A stretch of 64,000 nucleotides of DNA. Origin: Setoptus koraiensis. Taxonomy: Eukaryota > Animalia > Arthropoda. Numbering within the stretch: the stretch's first letter is position 1; each line of letters opens with the position of its first letter. Of this stretch, positions 13,021-25,739 are shown one piece after another. The position numbers and the translations under genes were made by a program. The notes below the pieces were generated by a model. The model ran no database searches. It saw only the letters and a list, made by a program, of their open reading frames with translations, and was not told the origin of the DNA. The stretch spans positions 2,852,001 to 2,916,000 of the forward strand of contig CM106586.1 in the NCBI GenBank assembly GCA_048013815.1. The letters are read 5' to 3'.

Positions 13021-14008
13021 CGAGACATAGGGAGGCGCCCTGTTCGTTCTTGTCTAATGAGCTTTAGTTATTGTTCGCTTGTGTATGTGTGCGCTTTCAG
13101 TTTGCGAGGCAGCAGACTGAAAATGCAACAAAATGCAATTATTATGTAATTATCAGGGTAGGGCAAATCGGTTCCGAGCCGAACTATTCCTGTGCATGGC
13201 AAAACCCTAAAAATTTTCTAGCCATTCATTCTTATCATAAGGATGATTTTGAGACGTATTTGTAGTGACTAAAAGACCGAAATTCAACCCATTTTCCTCA
13301 TAATCACCGATTTTCATCAACTTGCACAGAAAATAAAATAAATAAAGAATAGGGGTGGTTTTCATGGAAAAGAGTGGAAATTTAGCCCAAATTATAAAGA
13401 AAAGCTGCCCTGTTGGGGTTTCCGAGAGTCGGTTGCTGGGCACTCAATCACTGATCACTTGTGATATCTGTTGACTTGGGTCAGCCTAACAAAGTCGCGC
13501 TGATATTATGCTCTCTGTCGGAAAACGCAACAAAACCATCGATTCTCGAAGCACCCTGTACCCACTGTATATGGTGTTTCAAAAGTATCGAGACTCCAAA
13601 AAACCGAAAAAACGCTGTATTTCCTCCCATAAGACCCACCGATTTTGGTGGAGATGGGAGCGACAGGTAAACAGCATTGCAACAATGTTGCCGCAAACGG
13701 TCAAGTTGAGACAGAGGCGTTGCATTGGACGCATCCGGCGTGCGGCGCCAGCGCCGCTTGGGGCTCCAAATAACGGAACTATCACGCGCGATCATGTCAG
13801 TGACAAATGTGTGTGAATGTAGGTAGCCCCTCCGTTCAGCAGAGTGTATTGGCCGGCTAGGAGTAGTTGTATAAGCACACATTGTATCACATTGATCACT
13901 GGTCAGTATGCTGGTTGGCGCACACAATGTTTGTTTGTGACAGCAGGAAGTGACAGGATATGGAGGAAAATGGCGCTGGCACACTTGTAGTGCCACTGCT
14001 GCTTTTAC

Positions 14009-14116
14009 TTGTTGTTGTTGTTGTTGCTGTTGTCGCTGGCGCTGTTGTCGTTGCCGTTGTTGCTGTTGCTGTTGCTGCTGTCGTTGTTGCTGCTGTTGTT
14101 GCTGTTGTTGTTGCTG
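14009..14116. repeat. Compound GTT/GCT/GTC trinucleotide tract
   Basis: Generates poly-Q, poly-C, poly-V and poly-T ORFs in different frames. Confidence 0.9.
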
Positions 14117-16271
14117 GTGCCGCTTCTGTGGTGCTTGTGGTGGCACTGGTGTCGCCATTACTGGTGTGGCTATTAGTATGCAAACACACCATTAATCGGA
14201 AACGAACTCAACCAACGGAACCGAATTGAACCAAACCGATTCTGGGCCTGCTACCGCCGCTCAGCCGACTGACACAAATCGTGGGCGACGCAAACAGAAA
14301 ACGCCCAACGCAACCAGAAGCCGATACAGCTGAATGCTGATGCACTGCAACATCGCACGTATCATACGTGACGCATAACAGCAAGTTGAGTTGCTGACAA
14401 AACTACTGGCACCGATGCGTCGTCACGCAAGTGTCGGGCCGGTCGCCGGGCAACAGCGCCAGAGATAGTGGCTGCACTTGCAACGTTGGCCACCAGTTGC
14501 CACAAACAGTCAATGACAATTGTCGCCACTAACGAACTTGTCGGCCGATTGTCGGCCCGAGCAACATCATACAATAATATTGCATTGTGGAATCGCACAT
14601 TTGATTGTTGCATTCGAAGCCATTCGACGCAAATGCGAGCCCCTGTCGCCTAACGCCGCTCGTGCTGGCATCATCTATCGTTGATGATCAACGAGCCAAC
14701 GTGCAACGCCGCTCACGGCCAGGTGAACACGACCGAAGGTGAGCACCAATGTCAACATTGGCCGTGTTGTTGGCCAGTTTGTTTCGTATGCAAATTATTT
14801 TTTTTCTCTCTATGATATTGTGCGATGTTGCCTATGTCCATTATTGTGTGTGTCCATTATTTGTTGTTATTAGGTGCGCTTATCACTTTGCGACCATTAC
14901 GCCCACGCACACAAGCAGCCACCATGGGAACCATTGTGTGCGCTCGTTGGCAGTCAGCCGCAGTGTTGCTTGGCGCAGGCTGCAAAAACTGATCGTCGAT
15001 CGGCCTTTTCGCCATTCATTACGACTGACACATTTATTTACACATTGCACTTGCCTGAAAATGTTCAGCAGCGCTCAGCTTGGCGGCGCTGAGCGATACC
15101 CGCGGCCGCACCTGAGCGGTACCGGCGGTCCGATCCGAAGCTGCCGCTCGACACGCGAAAACAAAACATCGCCGGCCAGCAATATTCCGCAATATTCGGG
15201 CCAGCAATGCCCAGACCGTCAATACTCGAACCAGGAAGTGGGCGCAGCCGGCGCCGCGTCCTTGTCAGTCCGCAGCAAATCAAATGTTTATAGAAAATGT
15301 TTTTCGGCGGCGGCTGCTGTGGCCCGTTTATTTTGGCATTGAATTTCGCCATGTTGAAAAATGTTGTCCACTTACGCGCTCATGAATGCGCCAATCACAA
15401 TTTGCATAAACGTGTGACATCTTTTTTCGTGCTCCTCTCAAATTTGCGAATTTGTTTGCGATCGGCCTAAACGGAGCTGTCAGTTGCATAAATGCGGGCT
15501 GCAAATGGCCAAGGTTGCAACGGCAAGGCGCCGGCTCGGGGCTGACAATCAATCGATTATGCGCAACTCGAAGCGATCGCTCGCAGTGTTGGCACGAATC
15601 AGGCCAAATAATGGTGACAATAGATTGTGGCCAGCGCAATCTCGAATTCATTTCTATTCATTGTCGAATTCATTGTCGCCCAGTGGCACAAACGGGCTAT
15701 TTGAATGCGACATTTGAATGCCGTGTTTTGCGAGTAATTTGGCTGGCCAATGCGACGCGGACGCACATTGACGCGATCGTGTCGATCACGTCGACATAAT
15801 CGCCCATCGAGCCGTGCGCGACGGGCCAATTTCGGACACAAGTCCGTCCAAATTTGCACTGCAAACTTTGCAGTGCAAAGTCGCCACCGTGATACAGTCA
15901 CTGTATTACAGTGTGTGTGTGCGGGGGCGCACAGACGGTGCTTTGGAGCGAGTCGTCGCAAGAGTCCGTCGCAAGAGTGCGTCCAAATAAGACAATCGCG
16001 GCGAAAAAGCAGCGGTCAGCTGGCGGTCAGTCGGGCCGGCCGCGAAAAATGATGAATGGACAGGCAGGCCAACTGGCTGGCTTGTGCCGTATGGTTTGGC
16101 TGTTGGTGAGTGCGCCGAGCGGCCACACACTATTGAGCCACCGGGCAACGGCGAGCGCACGACAGCGACAACGAAATGAATTTGCATATTGACGACGACA
16201 AACAATGCGCATACTTGTTACATTGTCGTCAATGTGAGTGGCAGCCGTGAAGCGCCGCCCGCCTGTAGGTG

Positions 16272-16306
16272 TGCATTTCCGACACTAGGTACTTGTCGGA
16301 AATGCA
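16272..16306. repeat. 13-bp hairpin with 9-nt loop
   Basis: TGCATTTCCGACA-ctaggtact-TGTCGGAAATGCA. Confidence 0.85.
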
Positions 16307-19300
16307 TGCGGGCCACTCCAGTTGCTCTAGTCAATTCAAATGGTTGAACTCTTTCTGTCGGTCACAGCGGACACTGCTGATTGTCAAGTCACGATCTTGA
16401 CAGTGACATTGGACGCTGGCCACTCGGCAGCCGCAGCCCAGTCGATTGGTGAGTGGTCAGCCGAGCCACACTGACCACTGACCAATCCTAACTGACCACT
16501 GACCAATCGCCAGCCAGCCGAGCCAAACTGACCACTGGCCGACCGATCGGTCGGCTTCGAGCGTCGAGCGTCGAGCGTCGATGGCGCATCGATGCGGCCC
16601 GATCGACGCCTAAACGCCAATCAGCCGCTGGGTGACGCTTCGTTGCAAACATGCTGCCGCTGCCCGATGTGCCACCACCGAACAGCTGTTGCCCGTTTAA
16701 ATGTCATGTGGGCCGCGAGCATGCGGCCAACTGGCGCCCGAAACGGAGCCAAGATGAACTAAATGGCGAATAAATGATGCTGCCACGCCGATCAGCGGCC
16801 GCATCACCCTCTCTGAAATTCTGATTGAGAGCGACAGTCGCCCACTCGGCCCAATAAGTCAACACCATGTGCGACTTGTCACTGCGTCGCCCAGCACCAA
16901 TCATGTGCGCTCTAGCACGATATGTATCGCCGCCGATCGATCACTGCCTTCCGGTCATCGCGGCCATCGCCGAGCGGCGACACATCGCTGTCCGCAGAGC
17001 GACGGTCACTTGTGGCGCGTCGCTCGCGGTCGCCAACTGCCATTCGGCTGCAGTGATTGGGCCGGCGCTGAGCCAGCGCCGGGCAGTGGCCGGGCGCCCC
17101 CTCAAGCGGCGGCCGGCGGGCGCGCCCGACGATCGGGCAATCTCATTACTGCACAATCGCAATCAAGCTGTTGATTCAAGATGCTGCTGATGCGCGCTCA
17201 ATGACCGATGGCGACGATTAGCCCAGATTAGCGCAGATCGCTCTAGATTGTCCGCCGGCCGCCAGAACGCGGCCGAACGCGAGCCAACGGAGGCAGCGAC
17301 CGAACGCGAGCCAATGGAGGCAGCGACACTAGCGATGCCAGCCTCAGATTGCCAGCGACTAGATTAGGCCCATTTCGAGTTTAAATGGACGCTCGATTGC
17401 CAAACACAATGGCCGGCGATGCTGTTGCGGCCAACGGGCGCTCAATTGTCTCTGCTGGCCGGCTCACTGGCCGGCCATTAATGTGAGGAGCGATAATGTT
17501 CGTTGGCAGCGGAGAGGCGCTCCGCGGCCGACATGGCGAGATTGCCAGCGGACTGGGATGCATTCTTGACTTGTCGAGCACTTGCGAATCACTTTTACTC
17601 GTTGGCCGGCGACGCGTCGGCGAGCCTCGCAGCGCCGCGGCCAGCGGTCAGTGGCTGCGCCGATGGCCGCGCCGATGGTTGTTAACGCCGCGCTTTTTGG
17701 CCAGTCGATACGAGCGGCCAGATAACGACCTACAAGATGTCGGCGTCTCTCGCCGAGCAGATGTTGCCCGCGACACCAGCAGCGCCACCAACAACAGCGC
17801 CAGCGACAACAACAACAGCAGCAACAACAACAGCACCAACCACTAAGGCAGCACCGCGACTGCGACAGCCACCGGGCCGGCGACGCTGCTAACTGGTGGC
17901 CGGCGGTCAGCGGCGCAAGCTGACCGCTGTCGCAACGCCACCGGCGACCCGAGCAGCACATGCAAATGCAGCGTCGCCGCCAGTCGTCCAGTCGTCCGCT
18001 CGCCCTGTTGTCCAGTTGTCACCGGCCGGTGGTTGCATATCGGCAAAAGTCGGGGGCGGACCCGACACACTGTGCTCCGCCGTGTGCTGCCGAAAGTTTC
18101 GGCCCGAAACTGAAGCGAACGCGCCGGCTTGCGTGCCCGAGCGGCGACCCAGCGGGCGACAGATGCGGCCCGTTTGACCCGGCCCGGCGGCCGCAACGTG
18201 CTCGCGAGCCCGCGCCCGGCCACGCGGCTAACCGGCAAAACACGCGACAAACAGCAGAGCCAAACAAACACGCTCTTGGGATGCCCGAGTTGGGAACTGG
18301 CACCGCGCGCATGGTGCTCGCAGTATATCTATCAGTGTGTGTATTGACGGTGCGCCTCGAGCCAGCTCAGCGGCTCGCTTGGCGCACCGGCCGGATATCG
18401 GGAGCCAGCGCGACACTTTGGCCACATTTTGGTCGCCTTTGTTTTGGCTGATCCGTCGTCGGGCCGAGCAGCCGGCCGGCCGGTCAGCGGACACCGGTGG
18501 CCGATGGTGCGCTCGCTTGTGCGCCAGTGAGCAGCGACTGGTGGCGGTGCATGACCGACTTGCAGCCGACACTGAAGAGGCGACAGCGGTGCGGATGGTG
18601 TTGTGGGCAGTATTGTGAATGGTGCTGTTGTCGCGCCGGTGCCAGGGCCGGCCGCAAGCGGTGCCGACCGGTGCCGAGCAGCCGAACACGACCGGTGGTG
18701 GACAACACGTGCAACAAATATGAGCAGGCTGGACTCAAATTGGAACGCGGCCGCTTGTCACACAATACAGCTGCCACTTTGGCAGCATGTGCACGATTGT
18801 TTTGTTGCGCCCTTTAAATGCTGGACACACCAAAACAATCGCGAGCACGGCGCTGTCCAGTGCCCGTCCTCTGGCCCGTTTTGGGTTCTTGTGCGCCCTG
18901 TCTTCTGGGCTCCTCTGGGTTCTGCGGGCTCTCGTGGTTGCTGTCGGGCTGCCACAGTTTCGGTCGGGCCGCCACGATTTCTGTCGGGCCGCTGTGGTGG
19001 CTTCCGTGGTGGCTACCATGGAAACAATCGCCGACTGCAAGGGTCACGCAAGCAAGTGGCCACGCTGCCACAACAGCGACACCCGCAGCAGCGCCGACTC
19101 GGCCGGCAGCGACCCGAGCGACGGCAACCCAAGCGGCCGCAGCCGAGCCAACAACCAGGGGAAGTGCAACTTTAAACCTGGGCGTTGTTGGCAGCCCCGG
19201 CGCACAGGACAATTGTTGCTGGCCGACACAAGCACGCTCCCGATTCACGTGACAATTTTTGTGCCCTTTAAATGCGCTGCGTATGCTGCGCACACCGACA

Positions 19301-19420
19301 CACACGACTCACAGTGACACGGGAGCGCAGGTTAAAGGTGCTGCTCCCGCTTGGCCGGCAGCGGATGTGACGGTGCCCGTGGCGCATTCACGTGCGAAAG
19401 TACGAGCTGCCGGCAGAGCT

Positions 19421-19492
19421 GCCAGAGCCGACGGAGCGGCCAGAGCCGACGGAGCAGCCAGAGCCGACGGAGCGGCCAGAGCTGGCGGAGCG
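19421..19492 (+). repeat. 18-bp minisatellite x4
   Basis: GCCAGAGCCGACGGAGCG, four near-identical units. Confidence 0.9.
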
Positions 19493-20957
19493 GACAGGGC
19501 GCCGGGGCGCACAGGGGAAGCGCAAGCACATGGCCCTCGGATTACAGCGGCCGGCCGCTGCATTGTTTTGGCCGGGGTCGGCGGCCAGCCGCGTGCACTG
19601 TTGCCACTTGCGCGTTGCAGTCGCCACTGGCAGCCAATCCCGGCAACGAAATTTCGCCGGACCGACCGTTTCGGCGAGGGCCTGGCCGCCGGCAGCGGAC
19701 GCGCCGCGCCGCGCAATATATTTACAGCGTGCATTGGCACGTTGTTGCATTAGGTGGCGAATGGCGACACCATCAGTTTTGCATTTCAGTGCAACATGCC
19801 CATTGTGTGATATATTGGATATGCTTTCATCGGCCCTCACGTCGCACCAGGGCGCGAATCACACGCCAGCCGCGTCAGAGACGCGGGGAAAGTTGAGACC
19901 ACTCGCGACTCCAATCACAGCACCCCAAACTAGAGCATTTGCGTGAATGGCCGCAAGGCGTCGTCGAGGCGCCTGCAGTCGGCCTAGTTGTCCATTGGAT
20001 CAAATCAGCTGTCCTGTGGTCACACTGTCAATGTTGCCGCCTTGCCGCTTTGCCGCAGAACCAGCCATCGTCCGATGACATGACAACAGAATGTTAGATT
20101 TCGGATCGACCGACGTCATTTCCAGCATTTGCAACATCGAATTTCAATTCTTGCGAGAGAAGCCTCGCCAAGTCAGCAATAAATTGGAACGATTTCTAGC
20201 CTGTACAATGTATCCAGCTCAGTTTGTTATCAGAGTTTGTATCAGAGTGACTGTACCGCTCGGCGTTTCAATGTCGAAGTAACGATCACTGTGAATTTGG
20301 CCACTCTGAATTCGGAAAACATTGTGGCTAGCCCAGGGATACAATCGATCGCGGGCACAGTGCTAGCGTCAGTGCGTTCAAAGCATCATTTCAATATCCT
20401 TATCATCATGCGGCATTATTGCATATATGCTTGGAAATTAATTTGAAAAAATGCCCCGACGGAGCGCGGGCATCCGCTTCGTTTTTGATATTGTTTGTTG
20501 GCTGCAAAGTTTTGCTGTAACCTCTCGCAAATGCCTCCCGCATCGGGCACTGTCGGCCCGTACTGCGGCCTCTCGCATCGGGCTGCTCCCGATCGCGGAC
20601 TGCGATAGGTTACAGTGGCGCTGACTGGTAGTTGTCGCAATGCCAGACAGTTGTGCAGTTGTCGCAATGTTGGCCAGTTGTGCAGTTGTGCAGTTGGGTG
20701 CCACAAACAAACAACAATATCAATGGTGCCGTTCAATGTGTGACACATTGTCAACCGCCGGTGACAGCATCATCGGTGCTGTTTGCCACTGCACGCCTCA
20801 CCTACTCCGACCATAAATAGGGCAGGTGACAAGCGAGAGCGTTGTTAGCGTTGCAAACAATGCGACCACTGTCGTCGACATTGTTCTCGTCAGCGCGCAC
20901 CTTTGGCCGTCGACCAGCAGTCGACAATTACAGTCTGGTAACTAGACTCTGGTTGCC

Positions 20958-21035
20958 GCAGTGCATCAACCAGGTGAGTTGCAGCAGTGCGCCAACAAGG
21001 TGAGTTGCAACAGTGCATCAGCCGGGTGATCACGC
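20958..21035 (+). repeat. 26-bp tandem repeat x3; two units carry AG|GTGAGT
   Basis: GCAGTGCATCAACCAGGTGAGTTGCA / GCAGTGCGCCAACAAGGTGAGTTGCA / degenerate third unit. Confidence 0.8.
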
Positions 21036-21714
21036 GAACGGCGTTATCAGTGTTGCCATTTACAAGTTGCCAGTGGACAGCGGCGGCCCGGCGAGCAGCC
21101 ACTGTGCCCAATTGCGGCAAAATGGAGAAGCTTGCCGGCCCGGCTTGGCCCGGCCCACAGCTCAGGCAACAAGTGCCGACGAGTCCATGATCGCATTACG
21201 CACAGGCACACGACACACGGCCGATAATTAGTGAGCCTGTCGCGGCGACAACAAGTGTCAGATCAGCGACAGCAATTGTTAGATTAGTGACTGGCAGCGA
21301 CAGCAGCTAGTTATGTAACCGGCTGTGCAGACAGGAAGCGCAACAGCAAACAAAGTCGAGCGCACGGTGCAGGAATTTAATGGCCAGTGGTCAAACACAA
21401 TAAAGTGGCTCGCTGGTCCAATAAAAGCAACGAGCCACTTTATTGTGATTCGGCCAAGGTAAACAGCGCAACGACAAGTTGTCTCGTTGGTCACGAGCCA
21501 GCGATCCGGCGAGCCACCGACCAACTGTTGACTGTCGGGCGGCCGCCGTGTCCGGCACGGGCCGCCGCGGCGCCTGCGCTCACCGGTCAGCTTGCGCACG
21601 AAACTGCTGGCGCAACACCGCTGGCCCAATACCGTTGGCGCAATAGTGCACCGTTTGTGCGCAGGTCAGCTCGGCTCCGCGGACCGGGCGCACCGAGCGG
21701 CCCGAGTGTGGCTC

Positions 21715-21778
21715 GCGCTCCCGACTTGAGGCGCTCCCGACTTGAGGCGCTCCCGACGTGCGGCGCTGCGGACTTGCG
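21715..21778 (+). repeat. 16-bp minisatellite x4
   Basis: GCGCTCCCGACTTGAG x2 plus two degenerate units. Confidence 0.85.
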
Positions 21779-22187
21779 GCGCGCAACACTTGTCGGCGGT
21801 CGCGCACCGCGTCGCAATCTGGCGCCCGATCTGGTGGCGCACGATCGACGGGCTGCGGCCGTCGTGTCTGCGCTAGGCAGAGGCACGCGCCACCAGGCAC
21901 GCTGGCCGCCGCGCATCACAAGCTGCGATTCGCAACTGCGTTCGGTGGCCGTGCCAACCGTCGCAATGCGACCGTCGCATTGGGCGGCTGTCGTCGGCCC
22001 GACCAACAGGTCGGCGGTGCACCGAGGCGCCGGTGCACGGCCCATTGGAGCTCGTTGCGTCACTGTCGGCGAGCGGGGCAGCAGCAGCGACAACAATGCG
22101 GCCGCTTGTTTGCAAAGCGACACGGGCCAACAGCAGCGCTGGCTTTCAGGTGGCCGCCAGCGTTTGTTGTGACGCAAGCCGCTGCCT

Positions 22188-22243
22188 ATGGTGCGCCGCA
22201 AATGGTGCGCTGCGAACGGTGCGCTGCAAATGGTGCGCTGCAA
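22188..22243 (+). repeat. 14-bp minisatellite x4
   Basis: ATGGTGCGCTGCAA units. Confidence 0.85.
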
Positions 22244-24261
22244 ATTGGCGCAAGTGAACATGAGCACGGTCACTGGCGGCACCGTCGGTAGCGCGATCCA
22301 TTATGCGCCGGCCGCCACTCTGTCGGCGCACGGCTGGCATCAGTGGTGCAGTGGTGCAGCGGTGCGTTGGACATGCCGACGCAATCGTGCAATGGTCGGA
22401 CGGCCGCGGCGGCTGCCGGATTTGCGCTGTTTGTGCTGTGCCAAATTGAATTTGCGACCATTCGGCGATCCATTGATTGGCCGCTGCAAAGTGGCCATAA
22501 TCGCGCGCCAGTGTCCGCTGGCCGCGCCAGCGCGATATGGAGCGCCAGAGCGGCTGACGCATATCCTGCCGCGGCGACTTGCTCCATATATGCGGACACA
22601 CAACATGTAAAATGGATACAAGTAGCCACGGCAGGTACGGCCTGCACTGCGCATATATCACACGGCGACGGTAGTCACAACAAGGACGCATCGTGCGCAA
22701 CAGTTGTTGCGTGGTTGCGCCGGCCAGCGCGCTAGATTGATCGATCAAAATCGATCGGCCAGCGCCGAGTGACAGGCGCATGTTGCACCGGCGCCGTCGC
22801 CATTGTTGCACGAATGGCCCAAATGGCACTGGCCGGCACGAATTTCTTAATACGGATATCGGCACCGGGGCTACCGTTGACCAGCGCGCGTCTTGTGTGC
22901 ACTATGGGCAGCCAAAGTTATGGGCGGCCAAAGTTATGGGCGATTGTCGCGGGCTAACAGAGCGGCCGACGGATGCCTAAGGACGCCAATCGACGCCGAT
23001 GGACGCAACATCGGACGTCGATGGCGCTAATACCCGGCTGCAGCAACAGGCCACAGCCACAGGCTGCAGCAACAGGCTACAGCGACAGGCTACAACAACA
23101 GGCCCTAAGCGCCTATTAAGGCCAAAGGGCGCCCGGGCTTAGGGGCCGCCGGCCTTAATGGGCCGACTAAAAACGCTGACCTGGATGGGGCCGCAAGCTG
23201 GAGTGTGGCCCCATCGAGAGCGGCTACGCTTGTCGACGGAGCATCACTCGACAGTGTCGAGTCGACACAGTGGAGAGTTGGCGACATTAAATTGCACAAT
23301 GGGCACTCGCATGCGTCCAATGCAACGCGCAACAACGACACTGCAGAGGAAGTGGGGTGAATGGCGCCACCAGCGACAGCTAAGTTGCAGCGCAAACAAG
23401 CTTTGGTTCAGGTTACGCGGCGTTGCGTTGCGCAAATGGCGCTAATGATGCCCATCACTTGTCGGTTGCATGCAAATCAGTGGCGAGCAAGGGCGACACA
23501 ATCGCGCTGCCAACAGTAACTTGTTGCCAGCGCGCAGTCATTGTTGCTTCGTTTGCTGCTGGCTTCCATTTGCTACTGTTTTACACACAGTGTGTAATGT
23601 GTGTGTGTGTTGTCGCCAGGTAAGTAAGCCGATGCGCGTACGTGCAGTGCGTACGTGCAGGACGCGCAGGACGCACAGGAAAGCGAACTAGTTGTTGCAT
23701 CGCGTTGTGTTGCGCTGCCGCGTTGCGCTCCGGCGTTGTGTCGCTTTGTTGTGGCCCCAGCAGCCGGGCAGGCTGCAGCCTAATTCGCTGCCGCTGGCAC
23801 GCGGATCAGGTCAATTGCACCAGTTGCAGCGCACCAACCGGTGACAGTTTGCAGCGCGGCCAACAGAAGGAGCACGTACGCTCAGGTTGGCTCAGGTTCG
23901 CGGCCCAGGTAGCAGCGGGCCAGATTAAGAAGCGGATGATGATAAGAGAATAATGGCGGCCAGGGCAATAGTTTGTTGAACCATGGGCAGGCAAATCTTG
24001 GCTCGTGCTAAACTTGTCTCCAGCTTGCAGTGCCGGCACGGTTGCCAACTGCAAGCTGCATTGTTGCCAACTGCGGCAGCGACAGCGGCCAACAACAACA
24101 ACAGCGACAGCAACAACAACAAACGCACCCCAAGAAATATAATAGCCGCAGCAAGTGATACTGCAGCAGCAGCGGCAGCAGCGCTGGTTCAGAGGCGGCC
24201 AACTGCACGACAACGAGGCCAGATCGAACATCTGCCGCAACACAATCTTGGCCCTCGGCTC

Positions 24262-24338
24262 GTGCACTAAGAATGGTGCACTAAGAATGGTGCACTAAGA
24301 ATGGTGCATGCAAGATGGTGCATGCAAAGATGGTGCAC
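24262..24338 (+). repeat. 14-bp minisatellite (3 near-exact plus degenerate units)
   Basis: GTGCACTAAGAATG x3 followed by GTGCATGCAAGATG-like units. Confidence 0.85.
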
Positions 24339-25418
24339 ACGAGTGCTGGCTGCGCCGGTGCTGGCCGCGACAGGGGCAGCACCAGCAGCAGCGCGAGCGA
24401 TGCACCATAAGAGAGCAAGTGATGGAAAGAGAGCGCTTACAAGTTCGCAATGTGCCAGCGGCGGCGCTAACGAGACGACGCCAGATGAACATCTGCCGTT
24501 TTTTAGTCGCGTTGCCACTAGCAACAACAGCCGCTCTTTTTGTCAGCGCAGGCTTGTGGCAGCGGCGCGCACGCACACGATATTGTTGCGCCCATTGTTG
24601 TTGCTGCTGGCCGACGCTATCCCGTGCGGCCCGACCGACAGCAACCGGTGCCGCCGGTCACCGGCCATCTGATTCAATCTGATCCAATCGATTCAAGCGC
24701 TTGTATTTGTGTCAGCGGCGGTAGCAGCTTATTTGAACAGGCGCACCAGTCGCACCGGGCACCGGCTCGTGCAGGGCACTTCCACTGGTGCGGCCGCGGC
24801 CGCCGCTGCTTGTCGCGCGGCCAGCAGTGGCATCGACGTTGCACTAGCGCAGTGACAGTATAGGCCGGCACTACCACACTGGCACTGGCACTGTGGCGCT
24901 GGCATTATGCTCGGCAGCGGCGACAAAATATGTCCCTGTGTTCGCCCATTGTGTTCGTCCGCCAATAATTGGGCCGACACGGGGGTCGCGCAACTGCCAG
25001 GCAGGCAGGCAGGCAGCGGCCAGTTGCGCAGTTCGATGAATGAGGGGAGGCGCCCGCCGAACAAAAAATGCCTTGCGCGACAGATGAGCGTTGCACGCGA
25101 ATGCGTCTGGTAGCGCGCGTGCTGCAGCCCGGCAGCATCGGGCAGCTTGCAGGGGGCGAAATTGCGAATGGGTCGCTGAATGCGGCATGTGGCCTGTGTT
25201 GTGCCAGCGCTGCATGTGCATGTGGAGCACGAGGCACCGTGATCACTTTCGAGTGTTGCCGTTCGTGTGCCTTCCCCCGGCTCGCGAGCGCTGGCGTTGC
25301 AGCAGCGCATGATGCCGCGGCAGCCCATTAGTGGTCGTTGGGCAGCTTTTTTCGTTCATTCGACGTTTGCCACTCACAGCGCGCGCACGCATTTCGAGAC
25401 GACGATAACAGCGCAACA

Positions 25419-25522
25419 TTCGACACAGCGAAATAGTTCGACACAGCGAAATAGTTCGACACAGCGAAATAGTTCGACACAGCGAAATAGTTCGACAGCG
25501 AAATAGTTCGATGCAACGATAG
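25419..25522 (+). repeat. 18-bp minisatellite about 220 nt upstream of the sDscam ATG
   Basis: TTCGACACAGCGAAATAG x4 exact plus two shortened units. Confidence 0.92.
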
Positions 25523-25739
25523 TTCGATCGGCGGAACAGTGCAGCAAGCAGCAAGACGAGCGAGCATCTAATGAGTGACAAATCCGCATCGTGTTTTACC
25601 AGCGCCCGCAACAGGCCCCACACACACCAGAATCAAGCATCCGAAGCCCACGAAGCTCACGACGAAACGCCGAAAATATCCACCCAAAACAAGATATAAT
25701 CCGCCGCAAGTTAGTTAGTGCGTGTTACACTGCAGCAAC

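Larger units (their letters stand above)
12070..14560 (+). repeat. Copy A of a diverged direct repeat flanking sDscam
   Basis: Shares collinear blocks with 30510-31430, e.g. TTATGTAATGGATCATTAGGATCAT, AACGTGTGCCAGTCGTACGACCGGAA, CAGGAAGTGACAGGAT, AACTCAACCAACGGAAC, GCCAGAGATAGT. Confidence 0.85.

Noticed and set aside
13481-14229. Poly-Q, poly-C, poly-T and signal-peptide-like (MEENGAGTLVVPLLLL) ORFs
   Set aside because: Products of a trinucleotide tract. In the downstream copy the ATG is GTG and substitutions are non-synonymous, arguing against coding.
25419-25522. CRISPR-like array or heat-shock element array
   Set aside because: Units are contiguous with no unique spacers and the context is eukaryotic. 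GAA and TTC are separated by 4 nt, not the 2 nt of an HSE.
14300-25700. Dozens of overlapping 60-260 aa ORFs on both strands
   Set aside because: Arg/Ala/Gly/Cys-rich with no recognisable domains, present in all frames as expected from GC-rich, stop-poor repetitive DNA; no consistent splice or codon signal.
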